A stretch of 20,000 nucleotides of DNA from an uncultured virus (IMG/VR IMGVR_UViG_3300035181_002953) (lineage: Duplodnaviria > Heunggongvirae > Uroviricota > Caudoviricetes). Made by a program: the position numbers and the translations under genes. Under the pieces are notes generated by a model. That model had not been told where the DNA came from. It made no database searches and worked only from the letters and a program-made list of their open reading frames with translations. The stretch lies in IMG/VR virus record IMGVR_UViG_3300035181_002953; one strand, given 5' to 3'. This document shows, one piece after another, positions 8,504 through 16,172 of the stretch. How positions within the stretch are numbered: the stretch's first letter is position 1; each line of letters begins with the position of its first letter.

Positions 8504-8976
8504 TGACGACGCTGACGAAAGAGGAGAGGGTGGAGCTGCTCCGTCGGTTCGACGCGAAGGAGACGCTGACGACCGAGGAACAGGCCGTCGCCGAGAAGAT
8601 GATCTGGGACGCGTTCAAGACGCTTCGGTGGCGCATGTGGTCGGACATGATGGAGATCGAGCTCGCGATCGATCTCAAGCTCGACGAAGAGTGCCGCGCG
8701 CTCGAGAACATGCTCGTCTATGGCGTCTCGCACCCGACGGTCGAGGAGGAGTGCAAGCTCACGATCACCGTCGACCGCGTTCTCGACGGCGAACCGAGCC
8801 CCAAGGTCTTCGAGCGCTGGGTCAAGACGCGTGGCACCATCATGCCGCGTACCGTTGTCACCAAGGGGATGAGGGTCGAGCTCTCGGTGCCCGGCGCGAC
8901 GCTCTACGGACGCGTGCTCACGATTCCGGTCACGCTCCCCCAGGTGATGGCCATGGTGAAGGTGGGCGGCGGATGA
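8500..8976 (+). CDS. hypothetical protein (~158 aa)
   Basis: GTGA overlap; GC3-rich codons. Confidence 0.75.
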   Translation: MMTTLTKEERVELLRRFDAKETLTTEEQAVAEKMIWDAFKTLRWRMWSDMMEIELAIDLKLDEECRALENMLVYGVSHPTVEEECKLTITVDRVLDGEPSPKVFERWVKTRGTIMPRTVVTKGMRVELSVPGATLYGRVLTIPVTLPQVMAMVKVGGG

Positions 8977-9167
8977 AAACGGATCGCGCCTACCCGAGCC
9001 GGTCGCGCGTCCGGCGCACCGCGCTCTCGAACGGTCTTCTGGACATCGATGGCCCGACGCGGTGGCGCGAGTGGGGACGAAAGAGCCGTGAGGCGGAGCT
9101 CGCGTTCCGGCTCTGCTACCCGGTCAACGACCAGATGAGGGCGGACCTTCGGAGGGCGTACGCATGA
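8973..9167 (+). CDS. basic hypothetical protein (64 aa)
   Basis: MKTDRAYPSRSR...; ATGA overlaps on both sides. Confidence 0.65.
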   Translation: MKTDRAYPSRSRVRRTALSNGLLDIDGPTRWREWGRKSREAELAFRLCYPVNDQMRADLRRAYA

Positions 9168-9613
9168 GCGGCTGCCCGATGATCACGAGCCCGAGCTTCG
9201 AGGGATCGCCGGAGGTCGAGTGCGGCAAGCCGATCCTGATCCTCCCGGCGGACAAGGAACGGAACAACATGCCGAGCGAGGGCGTGTGCGTGGACTGCGC
9301 GCGCGCCCTGCTGCGAGAAGACCTGCTCATGCCGGCCGAGATCGTCGCGCTCGAGAACGTCGACGCCATGCTCTACCGCTGCCCAGGACACCTTGCCGTA
9401 CCCTGCGGCGTGGCGTGGACGCGAGGCGAGCTCTTCGTGCCGGGCGGCAAGACGATGCTCTGTACGCCGTGCTGCTGGCTCCCGCCTGCCGCGTACGCGC
9501 CGCCGGAGATGATCGCCTCGCTGCAGGCGCAGGCGGCCCGTGGCGCGGCGCTTCAAGCGTGGGTCGAGCGGAATGGTGTCGAGGTGCCGGACGATCTGCG
9601 GGTGCTCACGTGA
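9164..9613 (+). CDS. Cys-rich hypothetical protein (149 aa)
   Basis: GGAGGG RBS, ATGA overlap, several Cys pairs (CVDC, CTPC). Confidence 0.7.
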   Translation: MSGCPMITSPSFEGSPEVECGKPILILPADKERNNMPSEGVCVDCARALLREDLLMPAEIVALENVDAMLYRCPGHLAVPCGVAWTRGELFVPGGKTMLCTPCCWLPPAAYAPPEMIASLQAQAARGAALQAWVERNGVEVPDDLRVLT

Positions 9614-10236
9614 CCGGCATCAGCGACTCGTACATGGCACTGCTCGGCCTGCCGCCGGACGAGATCCGCAGCTCCCAGACCTTGCACGCGGCCATGCTCT
9701 CTCTTGCGAAGCTCGACCCTCGGGTAGCGCTTTCGATTCTTCGAGGTGATGCACGGTTGACCCCGCAGCTGTACGAGATGAGGGGGCCCTTCTATGCCAC
9801 GGAGGCGGGTGCCACTCTCGAGCTCAGCTACGACCAGCATCACGTCGCCACGGCGTTCATCTGCTGCGACATCTCGTATTCATTCAAGACGGCCGAAGGC
9901 GAACCCATCGTCGAGCACGGAATCGACGCGTTGCTTCGCGTGGTTGGCGGCTACTACATGCAGTGGATATTCTCGCCGACGCCTGAGCCCATTCAGAACA
10001 TCGCTCGGCCCAGCAAGTACGTCCCGTTCCTTCTGAGGTTCCCTCAGGAAATCAGGACGTCGCTCGTGCTCACGAAACCGTGCCCGCCGAAGGCTCAGAT
10101 CGCGATCATGTTCCATGGCCTCGACGTCGAGTCCCGCGCGCTCCACGACAACGTTTCGTTGACGGAGGCGAGGATGCGCCTCGCGCTCGAGTACGACGTC
10201 GGCATCGGGGACCAGGACGAGGACGTGTCGCCGTGA
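9610..10236 (+). CDS. beta-rich hypothetical protein (208 aa)
   Basis: GTGA overlaps on both sides; more A/T-ending codons than its neighbours. Confidence 0.7.
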   Translation: MTGISDSYMALLGLPPDEIRSSQTLHAAMLSLAKLDPRVALSILRGDARLTPQLYEMRGPFYATEAGATLELSYDQHHVATAFICCDISYSFKTAEGEPIVEHGIDALLRVVGGYYMQWIFSPTPEPIQNIARPSKYVPFLLRFPQEIRTSLVLTKPCPPKAQIAIMFHGLDVESRALHDNVSLTEARMRLALEYDVGIGDQDEDVSP

Positions 10237-10445
10237 GCCGGCGCGCGTGGCCCCACCTGCCCGTCGATCTGACGGGCGTCGCGTGGAACGACCTCCGCGT
10301 GGATCTGGGCGACTTCGCAGCGACGCCGCCGAACCTCTGCAAGCACGAGCATGGCGCGTGCGAGGCGTGCGGCACGACGGAGCGGCGAGACGCGGTGCAT
10401 GTGACCCGCGGTGACAAAGGACGTGTCGGACGCATCCGACGCTGA
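10233..10445 (+). CDS. small Cys/His protein (70 aa)
   Basis: GTGA overlap; CKHEHGACEAC motif. Confidence 0.65.
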   Translation: MSRRAWPHLPVDLTGVAWNDLRVDLGDFAATPPNLCKHEHGACEACGTTERRDAVHVTRGDKGRVGRIRR

Positions 10446-10460
10446 GGAGGAAGACGACCC

Positions 10461-10961
10461 ATGAGCATCATCGAGCAGCAGACGATCATCGAGCCGAAGG
10501 TAGAAGCCTGCGCGCGCGCCGCGCACGAGGCGAACCGGGCCTACTGCCTCGCCATCGGCGACGCGAGCCAGGCCCACTGGGAGGACGCGGAGGAGTGGCA
10601 GCGGGAGAGCGCGCGAAACGGCGTGGTCGTCGCGCTCGGCGGCGCGACGCCGGAGCATCAGCACGCGGCGTGGCTCGCAGACAAGGCGGCGGCGGGTTGG
10701 AAGTACGGGCCGGTCAAGGATCCGGAGAAGAAAGAGCATCCGTGCTTCGTGCCGTATGCCGAGCTCCCGGAGAACCAGAAGGCCAAGGACCAGCTCTACA
10801 TCTCGTCGGTGCGGTGCATGGCGGCGGCGCTCGGCATGACCGTCACGTACCCGCCGCTGCCCGCCGTCGCGGCGGACGGCCCCTTCCCTGCGCAGGCGGC
10901 GTACCCGGGACACACGGTCGACTGGTCCCTCGCGCAGAACTCGAAGCGGGACCAGGTCTGA
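10461..10961 (+). CDS. phage RyR-domain protein (PF02026-like)
   Basis: GAGGAGG RBS; AHEANRAYC...HAAWLADKAAAGWKYGPVKDPEKKEHPCFVPYAELPENQKAKD is the RyR repeat signature. Confidence 0.9.
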   Translation: MSIIEQQTIIEPKVEACARAAHEANRAYCLAIGDASQAHWEDAEEWQRESARNGVVVALGGATPEHQHAAWLADKAAAGWKYGPVKDPEKKEHPCFVPYAELPENQKAKDQLYISSVRCMAAALGMTVTYPPLPAVAADGPFPAQAAYPGHTVDWSLAQNSKRDQV

Positions 10962-10964
10962 ACG

Positions 10965-11144
10965 ATGCCTTGGGTTCTCGGACATGACGACCACGAGGTG
11001 GAAGAGCGCGAGGGCAAGCTCTTCTGCGTGACCTGCCAGCGGCACGTGCCGCGCGAAGGCGAGGACGAGTCGGGAGTGTCCGTGGAGCCCGACCTGCACG
11101 ATCAAGACGTGGCGGCGGACGTGAAAGTGAGGGTGACCTGGTGA
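10965..11144 (+). CDS. small acidic protein with CxxC (59 aa)
   Basis: Translated by hand: MPWVLGHDDHEVEEREGKLFCVTCQRH...VRVTW*; its TGA overlaps the next GTG. Confidence 0.65.
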   Translation: MPWVLGHDDHEVEEREGKLFCVTCQRHVPREGEDESGVSVEPDLHDQDVAADVKVRVTW

Positions 11145-11365
11145 GCTCGATTACGAAGATGACCCTGTATCTGGGCGCGCCATCGCGCCGCCGCCGGCGG
11201 GAGGGCGACCGCAAGAGGATCCGCGGCATCGAGCACCTCTGCCAGCAGGTGATCGCGGAGGGGTGCTACCTGGTGAGCGACGGCCGGCCGGTGCTCGAAT
11301 GGGTGCCGGTCGACCAAGCGCGCGCGACGCTCGAGCTTCGCGCAATCCGTGCTCGACATGGCTGA
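11141..11365 (+). CDS. hypothetical protein (74 aa)
   Basis: GTGA overlap with GAGGG upstream. Confidence 0.6.
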   Translation: MSSITKMTLYLGAPSRRRRREGDRKRIRGIEHLCQQVIAEGCYLVSDGRPVLEWVPVDQARATLELRAIRARHG

Positions 11366-11660
11366 ACCGTCGAGACCAAAATCGTCGGCGCTTCGCGTCT
11401 GCGAGGCCGCGGTGCTCGTGCTTCGCGAGACCAAGAACCCGGCGATCATGTGGGGTGACGCCGGGCTCGCTCACCTGATCGCCGAACGTGCACAGTTGAA
11501 GACGCAGAACAGATCGTGGAAGACGGAAGAGGCGGTGCTCGCCGCGCTCTCTCGACAACCGGGGGAGCTCGTTGCGGGCACGACGCTTCACCCTCGCTTC
11601 ACCAGGCGGCGCGTGCGCATCTTCTGGTTGCCCGAATGCGTCCCGGAGCGCCTACGATGA
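11358..11660 (+). CDS. hypothetical protein, possibly winged-helix-like
   Basis: MAEPSRPKSSALRVCEAAVLVLRETKNP...RVRIFWL; 8-nt overlap with the upstream gene. Confidence 0.65.
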   Translation: MAEPSRPKSSALRVCEAAVLVLRETKNPAIMWGDAGLAHLIAERAQLKTQNRSWKTEEAVLAALSRQPGELVAGTTLHPRFTRRRVRIFWLPECVPERLR

Positions 11661-11815
11661 TTCTCGCTCGGCAGCCTCTTGCCGAGACTTCGCCATGCGC
11701 AGATTCGAATGCCTCGGTCTGCCCGCGGGTCCGCCCCGCTGGCAGTGCGAGCCGCACGAACGGCTTCCGGGTCCGACCGGACCTGGCATCGCCCCGACCG
11801 GGGCACGGAGCATGA
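11657..11815 (+). CDS. small hypothetical protein (52 aa)
   Basis: ATGA overlaps at both ends, but the composition is unconvincing. Confidence 0.4.
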   Translation: MILARQPLAETSPCADSNASVCPRVRPAGSASRTNGFRVRPDLASPRPGHGA

Positions 11816-12963
11816 CCATGCAAACCGAATCGTCTCTTTCCGCTCTTCTTCTCCGCGCTGCCGAGGGCGCCATCCGGCGCGCGCGAGAGGCGGAGAGCTC
11901 GGCCGACGCGCTGCGCATCACGAAGGCGCAGGCGGACGTCGCGGAAGCCGTTGCCCTGTGGGGCGACACGCCGATCCCGGCAGCCGCCGGCGAGTACGTC
12001 TTCAACGTCGCGACGCTGAGCTCTGCGCGCGAGGTCGAGACCGCAGCATCCCGCGCGATCTGCCGCCTCGGCGACCCGAAGGTCATCGCGCGCTTCAACA
12101 GCGGCGAGTGCGACGAGGGCAGTGATCTGGAGTTCCCGAAGCTCGTCGAGAAGATGTGGATCGCCATCGGGGATGGCAAGGACGCTCCGTTCGCCGATGA
12201 GCACCCCGCGACGGCGGCGGAGGTGCGTCGTCGCGTCGACGCGTGGATCGCGCTGCCCGAGGACAAGTGGTTCATAGGCGGCCACGCGGTCCTCGTTCTC
12301 GTGGGCCTCGGCGGCAGGACGTACGAGGAAGACGTGCGCCGGCGTCTCGGCATGGAGGACGAGTACAACCGCAGGAAGATCGTCGCCGATTCGTACTACG
12401 TGGATCGTCGCGCGAAGCGCGAGGCAGCGGACGCGCGCAAGATCGATATGATCGAGATGATCGTCGACATGTTTGGGAGCGACGATCTCAAGGCGGGTCG
12501 CGCCGAGAAACTGATCTCGAACTCCGAGGTCGTTCACCTGCTGTGGTCGAAGGTCTTCAGGCCGGAGACGCCGAAAGATCTCGTGATCAGCGCTGTCCAC
12601 CGGATCGACCAGGCCAACTGGTACTACGACTACGGCTACGGCGGGGACTGGCCCAATGACGTCTTCTTCGGCGCCGACGACAAGATCGAGCCGGTGGAGC
12701 GCGTCTCGCTCGAGGCGTACAACGCCTTCAGCGCGCTCCGCGCGCGGATGCGCACGGAGACCGGCGATCCGCGCGACATCCTCTCGCATCCGTCGTGGAC
12801 GGGCGCGCAGCTCGCGATGTTCAATCCCGTCACGATCGGGTGGGCGCTCGAGCGCGTCCGCTCGGATCTCACCACCACCCGCCTCTACGTGGCGCGGTGC
12901 AAGGTCTCGTTCAACGAGAACACGATCACGCTGACCGCGCGCCGCTTCCTCGGCATGGCGTAA
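11812..12963 (+). CDS. hypothetical protein (383 aa)
   Basis: MTMQTESSLSALL...RRFLGMA; ATGA overlap, TAA stop, strong GC3 bias. Confidence 0.8.
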   Translation: MTMQTESSLSALLLRAAEGAIRRAREAESSADALRITKAQADVAEAVALWGDTPIPAAAGEYVFNVATLSSAREVETAASRAICRLGDPKVIARFNSGECDEGSDLEFPKLVEKMWIAIGDGKDAPFADEHPATAAEVRRRVDAWIALPEDKWFIGGHAVLVLVGLGGRTYEEDVRRRLGMEDEYNRRKIVADSYYVDRRAKREAADARKIDMIEMIVDMFGSDDLKAGRAEKLISNSEVVHLLWSKVFRPETPKDLVISAVHRIDQANWYYDYGYGGDWPNDVFFGADDKIEPVERVSLEAYNAFSALRARMRTETGDPRDILSHPSWTGAQLAMFNPVTIGWALERVRSDLTTTRLYVARCKVSFNENTITLTARRFLGMA

Positions 12964-13194
12964 ATCCCGGGGCGCCCAGTCCGGATCCTCTTCCTGGTCC
13001 CCGTCGATGTAGACGGGGATGGCGAGCTTGCACGTGTCGCAGACGGGCGGCGCGGTCCAGCCGCCCTCGTACGTGAGCCACGTCTCGATGTCGTCGTCCC
13101 CGAGGCGCTTCTTGAGCGCCTTGGGGATGCAATCCGGGCAGTACGTCGCATCTTCCCCGTGGACGAACACCTCGGGCTTTCGTTCCTTGGCCAT
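12961..13194 (-). CDS. zinc-ribbon-like protein (77 aa if it ends at the TTA codon)
   Basis: MAKERKPEVF...YCPDC...VCDTC...DPDWAPRD, then TTA at 12963-12961. The standard code would continue 454 codons antisense to the 11812-12963 gene. Confidence 0.65.
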
Positions 13195-13204
13195 GGCGGC
13201 ATCC

Positions 13205-13381
13205 TAACAAGGGTGCGGCCCGATGTCCCGAGATCAGCGCACGGCTGACGTGTCGAACGACCTGCGCGCGGCACGGAACGCAGTCGCATCCGTCCTTGGG
13301 CGTGGGCACGCCAAGGAAGCGCGCGAGCCGGTGGAGGCCCGCGGCGCGCGCCTTCCACAGCTTGCGGGAGTCGATCGTCAC
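13205..13381 (-). CDS. small basic protein with CxCxxC (58 aa if it ends at the TTA codon)
   Basis: GTG 13381 in GTGA overlap; VTIDSRKLWKARAAGLHRLARFLGV...GCDCVPCRAQVVRHVSRAL; TTA at 13207-13205, 10 nt before the next ATG. Confidence 0.55.
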
Positions 13382-13863
13382 TCTTTGGCGTGGAAGAGCG
13401 CTTTTCGCTCCTCGTGAACCTGATCCTCGGCCTTCCAGTATTTGGCCGCTGCGCCCTCGGGCCAGTCGGCGAAACTGTGACCGTACTTCTCGGTGATCGC
13501 GGCGCGCTCGGGGAAGAGCTCGCGCATCCTCTTCTCGGTGAAGAGCCGCTGCGCGTTCGCGAAGCGCTTCTCGAGCTTGTTCGCGATGTCGACGAGCGCG
13601 GACACGGACACCACCGTGAACGAGTAGGTGGCGAAGAACCCGAACGGCGTCGAGAAGACGAGCGCGCCGTGCTTCTTGCTGAGCTCGCTCAGCCTCTCCG
13701 AGCTGTTCCACACGTCGTTCAGCGCTTCCTGCATCCGATCGGCCGACCCGAGCCTCGACTCGATGTCGCCGTGGACGGTGGTGAGGAGGAGCATGATGTC
13801 CTCACCCTCCGGCATCTCGATGTAGAAGCGCCCGTCCTTCTCGGTGGTGTTCAAGTTCAACAT
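13378..13863 (-). CDS. hypothetical protein (161 aa)
   Basis: GAGG upstream; strong codon bias. Confidence 0.8.
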   Translation of the reverse strand: MLNLNTTEKDGRFYIEMPEGEDIMLLLTTVHGDIESRLGSADRMQEALNDVWNSSERLSELSKKHGALVFSTPFGFFATYSFTVVSVSALVDIANKLEKRFANAQRLFTEKRMRELFPERAAITEKYGHSFADWPEGAAAKYWKAEDQVHEERKALFHAKE

Positions 13864-13875
13864 GACAGGCCCGCC

Positions 13876-14199
13876 TCAGATGCAGTTGTAGCCGTGCTTC
13901 TCGGGGACCGCGACGGCCTTGCCGCTCTCGCAGTCGCGAGGCTTCGGTACGAACGTGCCGGCGGGCTGCCCCTTCGGGCAGTACGTGCGGCCGTCGGCGA
14001 GCGGGATTGGCATCTTGCCGTTCGGGCAGGTCGCGCTCGTCGTGATGGTGCCGTTCGCGCTGTCGAACGTCGGCGCGGCACCGGCGGCCGGCGCCGGCCC
14101 GGCCGCCGCGCTCTTTCGCGTGAGGGCGTAGGCGACGAGGCCGAGACCCGTCACGCCGACGAGCCCGTAGCCGATTTTGACTCCGGTGGAGAGGGCCAT
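13876..14199 (-). CDS. N-terminally membrane-anchored protein with two Cys-bracketed modules (paralog 3)
   Basis: TM IGYGLVGVTGLGLVAYAL + TRK, Ala/Pro linker, CPNGK...YC and CESGK...YNC. Confidence 0.8.
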   Translation of the reverse strand: MALSTGVKIGYGLVGVTGLGLVAYALTRKSAAAGPAPAAGAAPTFDSANGTITTSATCPNGKMPIPLADGRTYCPKGQPAGTFVPKPRDCESGKAVAVPEKHGYNCI

Positions 14200-14202
14200 G
14201 GG

Positions 14203-14634
14203 TCAGCCGGTGCAGATCGAGAGGGGGATCCCCGGGACCTGGACGCCATGCCCGCTGTCGCACTCGACGGCAGGGTTGATGACCTGCTCGCCCGTACCCG
14301 CGCCGCCGCAGATGTAGACAGGACCGGGGAGGGCCTGCTTGTACCCGTACTTGCACCCGCTGGGCTGGAACGATGCCGTGTGGGCCTCATACGGGCCGCT
14401 GCCGGGGATCAGCTTGCCCGTCCAGGTGCCAGGGCCGGCACCAGCGCCGCCCGGGGCGCCGCCGCCCGCACCCGGCGCGCCCGGGGCGCCGCCGCTGCCA
14501 CCCTTGCCGCCGCTACCCGCCGCGCCGCCCGCGGCGGGCGTGGTAGCAGCCGGCTTCTTGAAGGCGTAGGCGAGGGCTCCGAGGGCAGCGAGGCCGATGC
14601 CCCCGGCGATTGCGTAACGAGCGTTGGGATTCAT
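14203..14634 (-). CDS. N-terminally membrane-anchored Gly-rich protein with Cys modules (paralog 2)
   Basis: TM AIAGGIGLAALGALAYAF + KK, Gly/Ala linker, TWTG...GCKYGYKQALPGPVYIC...ECDSG...PLSIC. Confidence 0.85.
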   Translation of the reverse strand: MNPNARYAIAGGIGLAALGALAYAFKKPAATTPAAGGAAGSGGKGGSGGAPGAPGAGGGAPGGAGAGPGTWTGKLIPGSGPYEAHTASFQPSGCKYGYKQALPGPVYICGGAGTGEQVINPAVECDSGHGVQVPGIPLSICTG

Positions 14635-14868
14635 GGGCTGTGTCCTTCAGGTGCAGAGGTAGAGCGGGTTGCCGGGGGTCTTCGTGCCCTTGCCGCTGTC
14701 GCATTCGAGCTCGGGGTCGGCGACCTGCTGGAAGGGCCCCGCGCCGCCGCAGATGTAGAGCGGGCCGGGGAGGGCCTGCTTGTAGCCGTACTTGCACCCG
14801 GTCGGCTGGAACGACGCCGCGCGCGCTTCGTACGGCCCGTTGCCGGGGATCGGGAAGCCCGTCCAGGT
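14299..14868. repeat. imperfect direct repeat (~14299-14428 vs ~14740-14868) from duplicated coding domain
   Basis: Shared CGCCGCCGCAGATGTAGA...CCGGGGAGGGCCTGCTTGTA.CCGTACTTGCACCCG...GGCTGGAACGA...GCCGGGGATC. Confidence 0.85.
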
Positions 14869-15198
14869 GCTCGCGGGGGGCGCCGCCGGGTCTTCGTGAT
14901 CCGACGTGTCGATCACGCAGTGGCCGTTTGCGTCGGCCTTGTAGATGCCCTGCGGATCGAGTCCCTGCGCCTTCGCCTGCGCGTCCGTGCACCAGCTGCC
15001 GGGCGCGGGGAGGGCCGAGGCGCCACTGCCGTTTCCCTTGCCGCCGGCGCCGCCACCGCTGGGCGCGCCGCTGCTGCCGCCGGTCCCGCCGCCCTTGGCG
15101 GGCGCCGCGTCGGCGGGCTTCCGGAACGCGAAGTACGCCCCGATGCCGGCGATTGCGACGACGCCGCCAGCAACCGCGAGCCGCGCGCCGTCCTTCAC
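14647..15198 (-). CDS. N-terminally membrane-anchored Gly-rich protein with Cys modules (paralog 1)
   Basis: GTG 15198 in GTGA overlap; TM LAVAGGVVAIAGIGAYFAF + RK; C-terminal domain closely similar to that of 14203-14634. Confidence 0.85.
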   Translation of the reverse strand: MKDGARLAVAGGVVAIAGIGAYFAFRKPADAAPAKGGGTGGSSGAPSGGGAGGKGNGSGASALPAPGSWCTDAQAKAQGLDPQGIYKADANGHCVIDTSDHEDPAAPPASTWTGFPIPGNGPYEARAASFQPTGCKYGYKQALPGPLYICGGAGPFQQVADPELECDSGKGTKTPGNPLYLCT

Positions 15199-15308
15199 GG
15201 CGTCACCTTGGCCGGGGCGGCTTGCGCCGCCTGGGGGCTCACGCGTCCGTGCTCGAGCAGACCGATCTTCTTCTGGGCCCGCAGGCGCCGACGACGCTTC
15301 CATCGCAT
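15195..15308 (-). CDS. small Arg/Lys-rich peptide (37 aa)
   Basis: MRWKRRRRLRAQKKIGLLEHGRVSPQAAQAAPAKVTP*; ATG 7 nt after an extended -10; its TGA overlaps the next GTG. Confidence 0.55.
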   Translation of the reverse strand: MRWKRRRRLRAQKKIGLLEHGRVSPQAAQAAPAKVTP

Positions 15309-15315
15309 GAGCAAG

Positions 15316-15324
15316 ACGATACCA
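15316..15324 (-). promoter_or_regulatory. extended -10 element TGGTATCGT (leaderless start)
   Basis: TGn-TAnnnT 7 nt before ATG 15308; TCGACA lies 18 nt upstream of the hexamer. Confidence 0.5.
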
Positions 15325-15379
15325 CCGCTCTCGCGGACGTGTCGAGCGTGTCAAGGCCGTTCTCCGGCGTCCCGAGGCC

Positions 15380-15388
15380 TGATACCGT
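15380..15388 (+). promoter_or_regulatory. extended -10 element TGATACCGT (leaderless start)
   Basis: 7 nt before ATG 15396, no Shine-Dalgarno; same 9-mer at 17108. Confidence 0.6.
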
Positions 15389-15395
15389 ACGTCTC

Positions 15396-16172
15396 ATGTC
15401 GGCCTTCGGCGCGCTCGCTCGTCTTGCTGGATTCATCGGATCCGGCAATCCGCTCTACGACTGGGCGCGCGAGGTGACGCGTGCCGTCGGAAGCGGCGGC
15501 GGGGGCGGAACGCCGTTCCTCAACATGCGTGTCGACCTCAGCGTGAACTCGGCCCGCGTCGAGCAGGTCTACTCGAGCTCGATGTTCATGCACTGCCAGA
15601 CGGGCGGGAACTCACCTGGCGGCTTCGCTGGCGGCGGCACCGGGAACAAGTCGATCGTGGGCTTCCAGGTCGGCAACGGTCTCCCGCTCGGGCAGCTGCA
15701 TTCGTTCTCGTGGACGTGGCTCGATCTCCTCTCGTACATCTCGGGCTTCGTCGTCTATTCGAACCTCGTGCTCGATGTGAACGGCGACGGTTCGCTCTAC
15801 AAGATCATCGTCATCGACTCATCGACGCAGGCAGCCCACCCGAACCTCGACACGTGCACCGTGACGGTGAACCCCGACGGGTCCGTGACGACCGCGTGGG
15901 ACGCGACGAAGAACATCCAGATCGTCAACGGCATCGCCGGCGTTGTCCCGGTGGTCGACGACGGCCCCATCTGGAACCAGCAGTCCTACCGGATCGCCGA
16001 CATCCTCGCCGTCTACCCGAACGCGACGCTCCGGCAGGCGTTCAGTGGTGACGGGGGCCTCCCCGCGAACACCATCACGCCGGCCTTCATGCTCGTAACG
16101 GGGGACAGCGGGAACAACGTCATCCGCGCCTTCCGCATCACCCTGGTCCGCTTCAACGGAGCGATCGTCTTA
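15396..16172 (+). CDS. beta-rich putative virion spike/adhesin protein A (258 aa to TTA; standard stop at 16196)
   Basis: MSAFGALARLAGFIGSGNPLYDWAREVTR...DLSVN...GGGTGNK...YKI...GDGGLP...ITPA...NGAIV; paralog of 17123-18044. Confidence 0.8.

Noticed and set aside
11599..12960. C-terminal 454 aa of the 531-aa - strand ORF
   Set aside because: It is the antisense shadow of the 11812-12963 gene; protein-like composition ends at the TTA codon
14430..14535. Collagen-like repeat in the Gly-rich linker
   Set aside because: G-X-Y periodicity holds for only a few triplets; better explained as a flexible tether
14299..14868. Direct repeat as a diversity-generating retroelement TR/VR pair
   Set aside because: Differences are mostly synonymous and not adenine-specific, both copies are coding, and no reverse transcriptase is seen
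15349..15354. Perfect TTGACA on the - strand as the -35 of the leftward promoter
   Set aside because: It lies 27 nt from the -10 candidate, and no -10 is present at 17-nt spacing
14610..15395. N-terminal extensions in the ORF track for 14610-16196, 16974-18161, 17384-19087 and 14647-15354
   Set aside because: Paralog alignment, promoter motifs and GTGA coupling place the starts at 15396, 17123, 18086 and 15198
13390..15477. 695-aa + strand ORF, and similar long Arg/Ala/Pro-rich ORFs (67-759, 4500-5588, 10095-11105, 17831-19174)
   Set aside because: Stop-poor alternative or antisense frames of GC-rich genes; no motifs or coupling signals
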